Assembly (NCBI RefSeq): GCF_009914755.1
Contig: NC_060934.1
DNA: 64,000 bases
Source of the DNA: the human T2T-CHM13v2.0 reference genome, Homo sapiens
Strand: one strand, 5' to 3'
How positions within the stretch are numbered: the stretch's first letter is position 1; every line of letters starts with the position of its first letter. Below the pieces are notes generated by a model. That model had not been told where the DNA came from. It saw only the letters and a program-made list of their open reading frames with translations, and made no database searches. The translations under genes and the position numbers were made by a program. Below are positions 1-17,174 of the stretch, one piece after another.

Positions 1-1826
1 GCATGATCAAACAGGAATCCAACGCATCCATTCAATTATTACTGGTTGACAAAATTGTATGAGACATAATGAATGCCAATTGATTCCACTATAGTCACAT
101 TAAAACTGACATAGCATTAAAAAAAGAAACACTTACTAAAAATCCAGGAAAGAGACAAAAGAGGAAAAATAGGCACTCAACTTCTTCATGATCTCCTTTC
201 CAATAAAATATCTTGTGTGTAGTATGTAGAGTGTTCCTCATAAATTCATCAGAAGAAATCATTCTTCTTCCTTTTTGATGCAGCTCTGGATTTGGGGAAC
301 TCAAGAGGTTCTCCTTTGCTTAATCTATTTCTCCTTACAGTCCAAGGCATCTAATCCCCTTGTCTATGGGCAGCCCTTAGTGCTCCCTTTTATCTCTCAC
401 ATTGTCAAGGTTTTGGTGACAGCATTACAGATAGACATGACCACTGTGCCCCACCCTGACTCACTCATACCCTTTTAATTTAGATGTTCCCATCCCCCAG
501 AGCAGAAGGCACTTCATTCATATTAACTTTATTTTCTAACTACTTTGATTACTATTCTATCAACTCCAAAGTGGTCAAGTTTAAGTTTAAAGCCTTCTAG
601 TCTCTTAACCCAGTGCAGTGCATTCTCAGTGTAAAGTGGTCATGTGCAGGGCAAACAGTAGCTCATTCCAATGCCACTGGGGCTGCTCTCCAAGAGCCAG
701 GTGAGAAACCCATCCTGACCAGAGCAAGGTGGACTTGGGGCCAATTCTTCTACAAAGGGAACCATCTCTGAAAATGGTATAATATGGTAACAAATGGCGG
801 TCTTGTTCTGTGTTCATGGTCAGCTGACTAGAGCAAATAGCTGGGTGACTGAGATAATGTATGGCTAACTCAATATTCAAGCTGCCTGCATTTCTAAGCA
901 CCTATATTTTTCATTCACTTATTCATTCATTCATTCAGTCTGTAACCCCAAATCTAGCTTGAGCTCACTGGCTTCTTAGGCTCTGGAGGAGGCAGGCTCC
1001 ACTTCTCAATTTCCCTCTGGTTGAAGTTCAAAGCCTTCTTTGGGATTTCTGCAAACTGCCAGCAGGCTGTAGGACACCATTTCCACACATGCTGTCTCTC
1101 TTCTGAACTCTCTGCCTGATATGAAACTCAGCCCTGTCGTCAATTCACAAACGCCAGTCCCCGAAGCTCATTCATACAACGTACTCATGAATTTAATGGG
1201 CTTTTCTGATGGTGAGGGTCTCAGGGAGTAATCTCTGGAGCTCTGCATAGCAAACAACTTACAACAACATGTTAGGTACTTCTCGTCTCAAAAGCCCACA
1301 GCCTCCTTGATACGTGGGGTTTTACATGGCTGTTTATCCCCATGCAGTGGGGTACATCTCACTAGTGGCTGTCTCTTCTTCCTCCCTTCTTCCTTTTCTT
1401 TTTAAGAGAAAAACAAAATTCCTCTCATTTCCTCATGCAAAGAGGCTAACCATTCTTTCATTGTTAGGAGGCTTCTCAAGTATCCCCTTCCAGCCCCAAA
1501 TAAACTGTAAGGTATTTTTCCCCAAGAAAAACAATTTACCTTAAGATAATTTTGGGTGCCAGCTCTTAAGGAATATAAATGCTGCCTCATTATGATTTTA
1601 AAATCATTTATTGAAGTACATACAGTATGTTAGGTACTAGGGATACTAGAATGATTAAATTGGGCTTATGCACTGGCTACAGAAATGGCTTGTCATCCAG
1701 TGGGTTATACATGAGACAGATGGCATGTGGAAGGAGGAAGGCAGTCAGTGAGAGGGAAGAAGCAGAGTCAAGTTGCTATGGGATCCCTGAAGAGGGCAAT
1801 GGATTTGGTTTAGGGATGAATTATAG

Positions 1827-2243
<417 letters not shown>

Positions 2244-2539
2244 TTCTTTAGCTTGTTTGACCCCAATTTAGTCACCCACTTCTGACACCATCATCATAGG
2301 TGAGCCCTGTCTGATTTCACAGGGCCCTCGTGAGTAAGGGGTGAGACCACATTAAAAACTATATAGCCTCTAGGAATGGAGCAAATGATGGCGTCTGTTT
2401 ACAAAAGCAATTCTAAATAAAACCAATACCAATTTATAAGTAAAAGGAAGTTCAAGGAAGTTCTGACCTGTTCAATAATGACTACTTTCAGCTTATATGA
2501 AAATCTACTATCAGATTCTTTTCCTCCAAAATATCTATC

Positions 2540-2831
2540 TTTCTGTTTTTTGAGACAGGGTCTCGCTCTGTTGCCCAGCCTGGAGGGCAGTGGCACACTA
2601 TTGGCTCACTGCAAGCTTCACCTCCAGGATTCAAGTGATTCTCTTGTCTCAGCCTCCCAAGTAGCTGGGATTACAGGCATGTCACCACACCCGGATAATT
2701 TTCGTATTTTTAGTAGCGATGGGTTTTCACCATGTTGACCAGGCTGGTCTCAAACTCCAGGCCTCAAGTGATCCACCCGCCTCAGCCTCCCAAAGTGCTG
2801 AGATTACAGGTGTGAGGCACCATGCCCAGCC
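2540..2831 (-). mobile_element. Alu (AluS/J-type)
   Basis: Alu consensus in antisense. Confidence 0.93.
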
Positions 2832-4424
2832 TATTTATATTTTGTTTTCGTCTGCTGGATAACCCAATAATAAACTTTTGGTAAAAATTTAATTGATCAC
2901 TTGTTCTCCAAGCCTTCTTTGTTAATCAGCGTTCTCAGGGAACAGGGATTGTTAGAAATTTCAGATTAAGCAACTGATTACCAGAGCTCTCTTTTGTGTC
3001 CAGTGCTATGTCAAAGACTTTCTAAATTCGTCATCACCATTAGCATAATCTACTGAGCATAAGAGTCTCATAGGGCCTTGTGGTCACTTATCTCTTTATC
3101 AAATATTATCATCTGGATGTATTTATGAAACTCAGGTAAGTGGTGCTTAAGATAAATAAGTACTTAATCCAGGGAATTTTCTAAAACCTTCAAAAATTCA
3201 AATCCGAATCTACATTTATTTTCATATAGACTTCCTGAAAGATGGCATACACATACATGGTAAACTGTGGGCATATTCTGGATGGCTCCAGGTAATTAAT
3301 GTTTACGGCAATTAATATCACACTTATCAAGAAGTTTGGTATTGATAACAGCCAGTAAGGCAATATCTTGGCATTCTGTTGACCTCTTCTCTTTCCAAAG
3401 GGTTGAATTTGTTCTCATAGGTGATTTCCGCATCTCAGAGAATTTGGGTCAGTGAAAATATCTCTATGCCAGCACCACCTGGCCTTCTTGTAACACAATA
3501 CTTAGGTTGTAACTGTCCACACTAAGCAGGTGGTGAGCAGTCGGCAAGTATTGAGTCAACTCCCAACTCCACTGAACGCAGCTAATTAAATGAATTATAG
3601 AACTGAGCCTTGCTGACCATTTAGTTCAATGCACTCGTTTAACTGATGGGTAAGTTGAGTCACAGAGTGCCTGGTGGCTTACCTATGCCTCACAGCTGGT
3701 TGGGAACAGAGCTGTAGGGAGAGCACTGATCTCCTTATTTCTCCTTTAGAGAACTTTATACCACATCATATTGCTGATCCTAAGCAATTTTTAGGGTCCA
3801 GATAAATCGTTTTCAGTTTTTTCAAACTGGCTTGAGTTTTCAGGTGATGCTTTGGTATTCACTATTTTATACATATTTAGGAGGTTATATCAACATTGGA
3901 AATAATAGTTTCCTCCCCCCCCCACCAACTCCAATTTCTAACTTTGCCTCAGCTGAAAAGTTAACCCATTTCTTTGATTCATGCTGATTCTTTAGTCAGA
4001 ATCCACTGATATTTGGGAACAATGCTACACTGCCCAGAATCACTGTCTTGGCCACAGCAGCTGCTGATAGAATACTTCAAAATGCTCTTAACTTGGAGCT
4101 GTGGCTAATGGAGTTGTCCTGAAAAATCAGAAAGGGTGAAGCCTCCTGCTAATGACATTCCCTCTGCTTGGAGGGGAGCTGTGGCTCTGAAAGGGCTGAT
4201 TGTGGAAAATCCACTGGCAAGAGGGAGCTAGAAAGGAACCTGACCTTGCCTCAGGCAGTTGTAGGTCCCTGTAGACAAGTTCACTGTCTTCCCAACTCTG
4301 TGAGGAGTTGCTGAGGACACAGTGTGATTAACGGAGGAATTCCTCTATGCTTCAGATGTAGACAGTGAGTAAGTGCATCATGCATCTCAAATGGTGAAGG
4401 TGCTGGCTGGACTCAGGGTGAGAT

Positions 4425-4927
4425 TGTTAGGGAAACAGGGTGACACCATTTTAAAATCAACTCCATCTTTAAACTAGCAAGGCACATTCCTTGCTGGTCA
4501 TGACCCATGGTCATGAAATGTTTCTGGCTGAGGAAACTCCTACTACAATGAAATGTCCAGATGTCCCGATATCACATAATAATATATGCTTTTAAGATGA
4601 TTCTAGACATGCTTTGATGTACCTACACACTAAAATACCAAAAATAACTTTCTTTAAATCAACAAAGTAATACATTTTGTCACGCTGTTAGCCCACCCTC
4701 ACATTGTCATAGCTTAGCTTTTACATAGATAAGACCCTTGTATAAGAAAAACTTAAAGATGATGCATTCCTCTGCTTGCTTTCTGAGGACGCCCCACTCT
4801 GTAACTGAGTAGCTTTCAATAAGCTATCTCTTCTCTGTGCTTTCTGCAACTCACCTTGAATTTCTTCCTACACGAGATTCAAGACCCTCTCTTGGTGTCT
4901 GGATCAGGACCCCCTTTTTCGGCAACA
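4425..4927 (+). mobile_element. Solo ERV LTR (ERV1-like)
   Basis: TG...CA termini, near-matching 4-bp flanks (agat/agag), TATA-like and AATAAG poly(A)-like motifs, LTR-like U5 end. Confidence 0.7.
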
Positions 4928-6020
4928 AGAGTTCTGTCTTTTGGGGAAAAAAAATCCTCATTTCTTCTAGACGTCTAAAAATGCTTCACTTCATATTTAC
5001 ACCTGGAACTCGAGTCTGACCCATAAGATACTTAGGAGGGTGAGGGCCCACGTCTCTGTGCAGCTTAGGGTCTGGTTGTCCCCCAACTCCTATTGCCCAC
5101 TGATTAATGGGCACTCCAGTTTTTCACTGAATAGCTCAGCATCAAGAAAATGGCCTATGAGCAAGCCTACAATTTGGAACAGTTCCCTGAGGTCATGGAC
5201 AATTGCCAGCTGTCTTCTGTCTTGATTATTAGGAAAGGAGGGAAGGAGATTGGACTGACATGTCCAGGTTCTATACAGGCTATGTGTGCTTTGAATTTGA
5301 TGAAGTCTGTGCTAGCCATGAAAGTCTGACAGAATGGCTATGAGTTGGTGGCTGGTTGTGAGTGTGGCTCAGAGCAGGTGTGAGGGTCATTGGTGAAAAC
5401 TTAAGACTTGTCATGAGAACTGCACAATAAACAAGGTCCCTTGGCAGTGTCTATGTGTGTGTGTGTCCGTTTAGAGGAGGCAGTGTACAGGGAAGAGGCT
5501 AGAAAAATCCTGGCTTCAAATTCTTTCCTCCCATGAGAACCCATTTTCATATTTTGAAGCAAACCTGGAAGGGTCAGCCCTTCTCTGAGCCATCCTCCTT
5601 GTTGATGGCCAAGCATCTGTAAGAAACAAGAGCTCCATCTTGGTAAAGTCTGACTACCCTAGTTGTTGTCTACTATATCTGCCACATTGGGGCACAGGCA
5701 AAGCCTTGATAGTTGCAGCAATAGTGACCTCAGAGACATTTGGTACCTGCTCCTGACATGCCCAAAGGAATTGTGCATGCTACAGCCATGCCTGCCCTGT
5801 GGCTGCACTTGACTTGATGGGGAGGGTGTGGACTGCCTGGCTGCATTGAAGATGAGGGTAGCAAAGAAATAAGGCTGGAAAGGGCTGGCTCTGCCTTCCA
5901 AGGCAGAAGCTGTATGCCTGGGCAGGAAGTGGAGAGCATGAAATAGACCTCCAACTTTTAGATGTGGGCATAGCGTTCTTTTCTTCAGTTGTACTACAGG
6001 CTGCTCCCAGTTCCAGAGAC

Positions 6021-6536
6021 TCTGCTATTGACTGTCTAATGGTTCCAAATATTCCCACTTCTTTGTCTTCATGCCTTTTGCAGTGTGGCCTCTCATCAAG
6101 GGATAAAGTTCATTTACCCACTTTTGCATCTAGGCTGGCCTCAGGTCTTGCTTTGGACAACAGAAATGTGGCAAAAGTGACAGTGTGCCAGTTATGAGCC
6201 TTGATCTTAATAGGCCTTGCAAACTTCCACTTACCCTCTTGGGCCCCATAATGACCCTGTGAACAAGCCTGGGCTAGCCTACGTGAGGGAGGACAAATGT
6301 GGCCCAGTCACCCCCATGGACCCAGTTGATAGCTGTCAGTTCCCAGAAGGAGAGCCAACTAATTTACCTGCAGTTAACTATAGACACATGAGGAACCCAG
6401 GTGAGATCAGGAGAGGCACCCAGCTGAGCCCAGCTTAAATTGCTAACCCACAAAATTACAAGCAAAATTAATGATTGTCGTTTTAAGCCACTAAATTTGG
6501 GGGTGATTTGTTTCATAGAAATAGATAACAGACACA
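6021..6536 (+). mobile_element. MaLR LTR (MLT1-type)
   Basis: Typical MLT1 3' end: ttttaagccactaaatttggggg...atagataacagacaca. Confidence 0.7.
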
Positions 6537-6774
6537 CACCCCAATGGGAGTAGGTTAGGAGAAGGCTGGGCTGTTGCTGAGGGTGGGAGCGATAGCCAAG
6601 AGTTGCCTGAGGTCAGGAAGCCTCGTCAGGTAGGTCTTACCTTGAGGCCCTCCTGGAGATTGGGCAGGGGAAGCCAAAATCCCAATATAAGATGGGGTGG
6701 CAAGGAGCCTGGGGCACAGCTGACGGGAATAATAAGGACTAGTACACCTGGTTACCCTGGGCAACAAATAAAAC

Positions 6775-7549
<775 letters not shown>

Positions 7550-7887
7550 CTATTAAAATCTCAAGAGCACAGGGGCAGGCGGCACCCACAGAAACTTGCT
7601 AGTGGCTGGTTCTCCCTCCATTGTGGAAAGTGTTTGAGCCTCTCTGTAGTGGAAAACAGGTGAACCTTTGGCGTCAGATAACCTTGGGTTCAAATCCTGA
7701 CTCTCCTCTGACCTACAATGAATTCAGAATAATTTTGTTGACTTTACAGGGTCATGGTGAAGCCTCGACAAGACAACATATACGAAAGTGACCAGTGCAA
7801 GGTAGGAGCTGAAGAAATAACTGTTCCATCATTTGTTATTTACTCATATTTGTAAGTGGGACGTGTCAATAAGAGTATTTTGCTGTG

Positions 7888-8216
<329 letters not shown>

Positions 8217-8293
8217 TATTTTGCTGTGCAAGTGTGGAAGCCACTAGCAGATTCAGCCAATGGGAGTCTACTGTTTGAGAGGCAGCTCTGTTA

Positions 8294-8479
<186 letters not shown>

Positions 8480-8657
8480 TCAGAATTCTGGAAAGGCTCT
8501 TCCTACTTTTCCCTCCTGGAGTGGGAAGGCTCATAAAGGGTTATTCTACACTAGCCAGGCTGAGGCCGCCATGAGCAGGGGTTTCTGTAGCCACTGGGTA
8601 GGCTTCTCCACTTGGCCTCTTTCTGACATGGACAGACTAAAGTGCAAGTCAGACTCA

Positions 8658-8864
<207 letters not shown>

Positions 8865-11374
8865 TCACACCTGGAGTTTGTTTCTAAGACAATGTGATGA
8901 GGGCCCGAGGGTAAGTCACAAACATTTCTTGCATCATAACTGGCTTACCTGGGGGCTATTGTGAGGTCTGAGTTTAAGACATTGAATGATCCCCTGGGGT
9001 GAAATGGACACACATTACCAGGCTCCTGGTGTGTTGGAGTCGAAGAGAATGGATAGAGAATGTGGCTGGGAGGCAATCTGACCATGTCACTGCCACTGAA
9101 AAACCCACAAGACTGCTCAGTTTTCACAAGAGGAAGACTCAGTCAACTAAAATCTCTCTCACTGGCTTTCACTAGTCTCTTCAGCCTTAGCTCCTCATGC
9201 TTGATCAACGCCACACTATCCATCATTCTCAAAACAAGCGTCTGAGCTATTGTTCACAGTCCCCTCATGTGTTGAATAACTCTCTTATCCTTGGCAACTT
9301 GCTTGTCTCTCAGGACCCAGCTTAATTGTTGCTTCCTCTGAATGTCTCCTTGCAGAATAAATCACCCTTTGTCCATGTTCTCATAGCACTCTCTGCCTCA
9401 TGCTATGGTGCTTTCTCACATAATGACTTGCTTGGTAAGTCAGATTTCTTGGTAAGTCTGTCTCTCCCTCTATTGAAAGAAGGTACCAACAGCATCTTAT
9501 TCTTCTTTGGTGTGTGGTTGTCAGCATAGGGCATGGTGTAGGGCAGATGCTCAGTTTGCTAACTCAGTAAACAATTGTCCTGAGACCCTGTTCAAAGGTG
9601 TGGTTAAGAATGGCACTGGTGGGAATTGATATTGCCAAAACTCTATGGAAGGTAATTTGGCAATATGTATCAAAATTATAAATGTATTTGCCCTTTCACC
9701 CAGTTATGTGTACAAAATAAATTACTCCCAAGGTTGGTCAGTGTGACTTTGTTTGAGGTGACAAACCTCATGGCAAATTCAAATACCCATTAACCAGTAA
9801 TTGGTCAGAGAATTCTAGTTAGCCATACAATGGAGTATAGGACTATAGGAGTCAAAAAGATCAAGGAAGGAAGACCTTTACTTATATGGAAATAACTCCA
9901 AGAAACATAATCAAATGCAAAAAGCAAGATGAAAACATATATAAATTCTAGAATACTCTTTTGTGTTGGGGAGGGAAAAAATAAGCATGTATATATTTGT
10001 ATTTGCATAAAGAAACCAGAATAATACACAAAAAACTAGTAAGACAGTAGGTATTCAGCAGATGAAGAAGTGGTGGGAATGAGCCATTTCATGGTATACA
10101 TGAAGATATTGTCTTGAATGTAGAACCACATGAATGTATTAGGTATTTGAAAACATAAATTTAAAAAGTAAGGAAGCAGCTCATGGAAAAAGATTGCCAT
10201 GTTATCGCTGACAAACACAGGTCCTAAAACTCCTTTCCCTTACCAGAAATCCATGGTGGATATTAAGAGTTGGGCCAGTGTTCAGACCCATGTAGGCACT
10301 AAAATACAGAGGTACTTTTCCAGTTGACACAGGCAAATTCAGTTACCTGGACCATCTGTGAGCCTGGACATCAGCAGAGGGCCTCTGAGCAGTGAAGAAA
10401 ATGCCTTTTGCAGTGCATTCATTGACTTTCCCATGTGTCCCACACTCAACTGCTAATTAAGTGACCTTGAGCAAGCCATACAACACCTGGCACATCATAT
10501 GCATTCAACAAATATTTGTGGAACAATCGATGGGATTGTTGGACTCCAATTGATGGAATATCGTGTACCCATTAAAAATTGAGTCTAAAAAATTTTCTGT
10601 AATATGACATAATGGGATGCAAAAATAGGCAGAATATAAAACTTATATAGGGTATAATTTGGATGCTGTAAAAATACAAATATGCAAGAGGAAAAAAAGA
10701 CCAAAAGGAAATACACAGTGATACTAAGGTTACTTCAGGCTATGGGCTTGTGGGGATATTCCAGGGCTGATGGTGCATCAGCAGCCTGGTCAACTCCAGA
10801 TATTTAGATGGAAAAGTTATTGCCCTGCCACAGCAGGTACAGACAGGTAAAGGTGTCATTGTCAGGGTCCAGCTCCTCCAGACTTCAGAGAAAACGAGGG
10901 TGAGAAAGGATACACCTGGGCGGGGTGTCACCACAGCCATGAGGCTCTATACTGTGGGAAAGTCTGCTTTTCTCACACCTGGTTCCACAAACTTCTGCTT
11001 TTAGCTCACTTCCTTCTCTCCTTCTCTTTCATTGTCATTCCCAGGCTTTTTGCTTTTGTTTTCTTTTACAGATATTTCCCCTCAATTGTTTTTACATTAG
11101 GTTTTATTCTTGACTTTTACCTGGTTTTGTCCTGACTTGTATTCATAGACATCAATCTCATCTCCTGGTCCATTTTCAAATTCTCTTGAACTGCCTTTCA
11201 CATCTGTCTTTCATCTTTTACTTCATGTTTTCTTTATTTCTTTGTCTTGTAGACTTTATCTTTTATACATATTTCATTTATTCTTAATATTTATAATTAA
11301 TATTTGTACACACACACATACACACATATATATAAATATATATACACATATACATATATACTAATCATATGAGA

Positions 11375-11745
11375 GAGAGATTTATTATCTATTATTTATT
11401 TTAGGGAATTAGCTTACATGATTACAGAGGCTAGCAAGTGCAAAATCTGCAGGGTAGGCTGGCAGGCTAGAGGCCCAGGAAGAAGTCAGTGTTTCAGTTC
11501 AAGTCCAAAGGCCATCTGATGGCAGAATTGCTTCTTGCTCAGGAAAAGTCAGTCTTTTGTTCTATTCAGGCCTTTGTGAGGCTCATCCACACAATGCAAG
11601 GCAATTTGCTTTGCTCAAACTCCACCGATTTAAATGTTAATCTCATCCCAAAACACTGTCCCAGAAACATTCAGAATAATACATCATACCAAATACCTGG
11701 GCCCCATGGCCTAATCGAGTTGGCATATAAAATTAACCATGACAC
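11375..11745. mobile_element. MLT2-type (ERVL) LTR fragment
   Basis: Characteristic aagtgcaaaatctgcagggtaggctggcaggctagag...aaaattaaccat. Confidence 0.7.
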
Positions 11746-11799
11746 CTACTTATAGTTCATAGGTTTTTAATAATTTGTTTAAATGTATTATAGTTTTAA

Positions 11800-12520
11800 A
11801 ATATCAGGCTTTTCGTTTCTATACATAATTTTACCCATTATTGAACTTTATATTAACAGATTCACATAGTATGTGTTCCTTTGTGTCTGCTTTGTGCCCC
11901 TTCTTATGAAAAAAAAGTTACAATTCTCTTACTGATATGCTTGTACATTCCTTTTTATTGTTGTTTAGCATGATGATGCTATGATTTATTTATCAGTCAT
12001 CTGTTGCTTACAGTTGGGTGGTTTCCGATTTGGGGAGCATTCTTCTACATGTCTCCTTGGGATTACGTGCATGCTTTTCTCTACCAATTCACATTCCCAC
12101 CAGTAGTGTATGAGAATCCCTGTGGATACTGATCTTGCCGATACAGGTAGATTGGTTATGGTATCTTGGATGGTTTTCATTTACATTTTTCTGGTTAGAA
12201 ATAAAATTGAACACTTTTTCTATTGGCCATTGAGATTATTCTTTGTGAAATGTCTATTCAAGTCTTTTGCTCACTATTTTCTAGTTTTTGTTTTCTTATT
12301 GATATGTTAGATTTCTTTATATGTTCTTGATATAGGCCCTTTGTCAGTTAAATGTGTTGCATATACCCACTCCTACTCTGCAATTCACCTTTTTACTGTC
12401 TTTAAGGTGTCTTTTGATGAATGGAAGTCCTTATTTTTATACTAGCTGCACTCTAATTTATCAGCCTTTCCCTTTATGGTTAGTGCTTTCATGTCTTGTT
12501 TAAAAAATCATCTCCTACCT
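11800..12520 (-). mobile_element. Old L1M fragment
   Basis: T-rich antisense L1 ORF2/3' sequence (cattcccaccagtagtgtatgag..., ctttgtgaaatgtctattcaagtcttttgc). Confidence 0.65.
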
Positions 12521-12537
12521 CATGATACTCTCACATA

Positions 12538-12820
12538 TTATACACACACATATACACATACACATACACACACATAGATACACATACACACATGCAAATA
12601 CATACACACAGACACATACACACAGAGAGATACACACACACATACACAAATGCATACATACACATACACATACATATACACACATATACACACACACACA
12701 AACACACACACAGACACATATACACACACATATACACATACATACACATACACACAGAGACACATAAACACACACACATACACATACACACACCCAGAGA
12801 CACATACACACATTCACACA
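12538..12820. repeat. Compound (CA)n/(CATA)n microsatellite
   Basis: Direct reading. It explains the spurious ORFs at 12515-12882. Confidence 0.95.
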
Positions 12821-13206
12821 GTGATATTCTCCTATGTCACTCTCTAAAACCTTTGATATTTTTTTCTTTTGAAGTTTGTTAACGTCTTATCCTCATTTTA
12901 TTAACTTTATTTTTCCACCTTATTTTCTTTTAAGCATATTTTGCAACTTATTTTTATAATGGCTATCAAAAAGTGTGACGGTGTGTGAATAAGTCATACA
13001 CAAAACCCTGGGGACTCCTCACCCTCTGGCAGCTGCCCCTGCAGCCATCCCTGGGCTCTGGCTCCCTCTGGTGGATCTTGCAGAGGCTGGCTCTCCAAAG
13101 ACCCATCGGCCATCTCCCTCTCTCCAAGGCTGAGTCTATGCAGGTAGCCGCCTTGAAGCGTGGAAATGGTGCTCCTTCTTAACATTGCATGAGATCCACA
13201 CCTTGT

Positions 13207-13648
13207 ATAAGGAGCTGTGCTCTTTAAAATCGTAGTCTCCTCTACAAAACCACCAGCTCAGGGCACACCACATTCTGGGAAGTGTCCTCTAGGTCAGTGC
13301 TTCTCAAACATTAATGTGCGTGTGAATCTCCTGGAGGTCTTGTGGAAATGCGGAGTCTGATTCTGCAGGTCTGGGCCAGGACCTGCACCTCTAACAAGTT
13401 CCCAAGAGAAGCAAAGTTGTGACTCTCTGTGTAGGTCACTCAATAAGAGGTGATCCTCAAAGCATGTCCCTGGGCCAGCGGTGGCAGCAGCAGCATCACC
13501 CAAGACATGCAGACTGTCAGGCCCCATACAGAACTACTGAGTCACAATCTGCATCTCAGCCAGTTCCCGGGTGAATGGCAGGCGTGGTAAAGTGTGAAAG
13601 GAATCTGGCCCGGGCAATGTTCTCATCTGCTGCCTGTGAAGGATCAGA
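13207..13648 (+). repeat. Left arm of a local inverted duplication (contains MER5-like pieces)
   Basis: Its reverse complement matches 16710-17174. Confidence 0.85.
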
Positions 13649-14500
13649 CAATGGACAGCCTGTGCAGAGCACCTGTGGACAGAATTCTATGGGTTCCACA
13701 GCAAAGTGCCTCAGACGTCCCGGTTTCCAGGCTGAGCCTTCACCCTTCTTGGCATGAAAGGGTCCTTTGATGCCTAGTTTCCTCAGTCTCCTTCCTTTCG
13801 GCACAAGGGTTGAGGAGACCTGGCTCAGTCAGCCTTGTTCCAAACCATTACCTAGGAATGGGGTCAGCTGTGCCTCTTTGAGGAGCCTCTTTTGAGAGGT
13901 TCACCCAGAAGAGTGAGACCCAGGAGCAGGAGAGGCCAATTCTCATTTAGCCCTCTGGGAGTGGTTTCAGCCACAATGAGGTGTCATAAGCTTGATCTTT
14001 GCTTCTTCTGTCTCTCTTAGGGGAGCAGATTATTAACTGGGGAAGTCAAAACCCTAAAAGGGTGATTTTCATCAAACTTCAGATTCTAGTCAACAATGCT
14101 GACATTCCTGCCCACATGTGTCTTTTATTTTCCCCCAGAATTTCTGCTGGGTTCTTTGCAGGCCCTACCAACAAGCACTTTCCCTCTGAGATGGAGTCTG
14201 TCCCAGTGGGGGCCAAGCAGATGAAAAACAGCATCAGGGCTCATGAGGAGAGATCTTCTCTAGCCTCCCTTGGCCAATTAAATGGAGATCATTGTCCAAC
14301 ACCATATTATCTTTCTGAAAGGAGACCTTGGGAATCCCCCTGTGGTTGCCTCTGCTGCTATTAAAATCCACTGAAGGGCATGAGGAATTCTTTTTTGAAG
14401 TACAGGAGGGCTTGGGTTCTTGAATTTGGAGAGGTAATATGGTAGGCGTTCATCTTCACGGTAAGGCCAATAGATGCACATTTTAAGAGCCAATAGGCTC

Positions 14501-14917
<417 letters not shown>

Positions 14918-15249
14918 CTAATAAAGAGATACTAGAGTATGATGGTCAACAGCATGGGTATGAAGTCACTGGCGTGCTAGTAAATGTTAACAACCGGCTC
15001 TCTGAATGAAGTTGACAAATGTAGCAAATAAAAATACAGGGCATCTGTTAAATTTGAATTTCAGATATGTCTCATTTACTTATACAAAGAATTTTTCATT
15101 TTTATTGAAAATTCAAATTTAATTGGGTATCCTGTTATTATCAGGCAACCCTATTTCTGGGGGGGGATGTGAGCAGAGGGGTGCCTCTCGCTACTTGCCA
15201 GCTTACTATCTCTTTTTCTTTTTAACATTAATGCCTATGTCATTCTTTT

Positions 15250-15745
15250 CCTTCCAACTTTTATTTCAGATTCAGGGGGTATGTGTGGGTTTGTTATACG
15301 GATAAATTATGTGTCACAGGGGTTTGGTGTACAGATTATTTTATTGCCCAGGTAATAAGCATAGTATCCAATCAGTAGTGTTTTAATCCTCACTGTCCTC
15401 CCAGTAGGCCCTGGTGTCTATTGTTCCTTTCTTTGTGTCTGTTTGTACCCAATGCTTAGCTCCCACTTACAGGTGAAAACATGTGATATTTGGTTTTCTG
15501 TTCCTGCATTAATTCACATAGGAGAATGGGTTTATTCTTTTAGGTTGACTCCATGTCTTTGCTATTGTGAATAATGCTGTGACGGACATATGTAAGCATG
15601 TGTTTTTATCATAGAATGACATAGCTATATACTGAATCACGGGATTGTCAGGTCAAATGGTAATTTTGTTTTCAGTTCTTTGAGGAATCTCCAGACTGCT
15701 TTCCACAAAGGCTGAACTAGCTTACATTCCCACCAGCAGTGTACA
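15250..15745 (-). mobile_element. L1 3' fragment (L1PB/L1MA-like)
   Basis: Antisense L1 3' UTR (ccaacttttatttcagattcagggggtatgtgtg...cattcccaccagcagtgta). Confidence 0.8.
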
Positions 15746-16709
15746 CAGCTTACTGTCTCTAGGGAGTCATGTAAACTGGGAAGCCTCTGTTTCATATGTA
15801 CAACTAGGATAGTAATATGACCTGTCTTAGAGGGTAGTTGGGAAGATGAAGTGAGAAGTTACATTCATGGAAATGCTCAATAAAGAGCTTGAGGGTCCTG
15901 GATTGTGGCAAATACTAGTCTCTGAATATTCATTGCATCACTCCAATCGTCACAAACAAACATTTTGGTCCAAGAAAGGGTGGAGTCCACCATTGTCTCT
16001 ACCCTCTCCAAGGAACTCTTGTTGAGTTCCTGCTCTCAAGTGGAATTTATTCTTGACAATCCTGTTGTGTCTTCTGACAAACTGGACGAGGTTTGTCTTA
16101 GCGTAGCCTTGTTTCTGGCAAGGCAGACAATATCTGCTTAGTCTCTTCGACAACTTTCATCTATCTAAAACATTCTAACCCCAAGGGGGCATTCGTCCTC
16201 CCTGGGGAGCTGGTGGGCTGGACTTGTAGTAGGTTTCTGGAGCCAGTGATGAGTCTAATAGGTTATTTTTATTTTAGGGACAGATTATTTATATCTAAGG
16301 ACAAATATTTCTAACATTTTAAATTTCTTTTTGTAGTTTCATTGAGGTATAATTGATACAAAATAAATTACACATATTTAGATATAGAATCTGATGGGCT
16401 TTATGTATATAAACAACCATCCTCACAATAAGATAATGAATATATCCATCATCCTCCAAAGCTTTTTCATGCCCTTTGTAATCGCTCTCTCCCCTCACCT
16501 CTGTCCCACAACCACTGATCTGTTTTTTGTCACTATAGATTACTTTCCATTTTCTATAATTTTTAATAAATGGAATCACACAGTGTGTACTCCTTCTAAA
16601 AAATAAACTTTTTGATTTGGAATATTTTTAGATTAATCGACAAAGTACCCCACGCTATATATGTGGAGGCTGTGCATCGTCTCATCCCTCTGATGTAGGC
16701 TGTGCCTCC

Positions 16710-17174
16710 TCTGATCCTTCACAGGCAGCAGCTGAGGGCGTTGCCCAGGCCAGCTTCCTTTCACTCTGTACCACGCCTGCTATTCACTCGGGAACTTGTT
16801 GAGATGCAGATTGTGACTCAGTAGTTCTGGGTGGGGCCTGAGAGTCTGCATATCTTGGGTGATGCTGCTGCTGCCGCCACTGGTCCAAAGACATGATTTG
16901 AGGAGCACCTCTTATTGAGTGACCCACACAGAGAGTCGCAACTTTGTTTCTCTTGGGCCAGCAGCGTTGGGCTCATCTGGGAATTTGTTTGAGGTGCAGG
17001 TCCTAGCCCAGACCTGCAGAATCAGACTCTGCATTTCCACAGGATCTCCAGGAGATTTATATGCACTTTAGCGTTTGAGAAGCACTGACCTAGAAGACAC
17101 TTTCCGGAATGTGGTGTGCCCTGAGCCGATGGTGTCGTAGAGAGACTATGATTTTAAACAGCACTGCTCCTCAT
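16710..17174 (-). repeat. Right arm of a local inverted duplication
   Basis: Its reverse complement matches 13207-13648. Confidence 0.85.

Noticed and set aside
969-1116. Coding-looking minus-strand stretch (…EIPKKALNFNQREIEKWSLPPPEPKKP|gtgagc), and similar purine-rich stretches at about 2.9-3.5 kb
   Set aside because: Stops immediately upstream and no family recognised. A blastx search would be needed before calling a decayed gene.
12515-12882. Cluster of Cys/Val and His/Thr ORFs
   Set aside because: Microsatellite artefacts.
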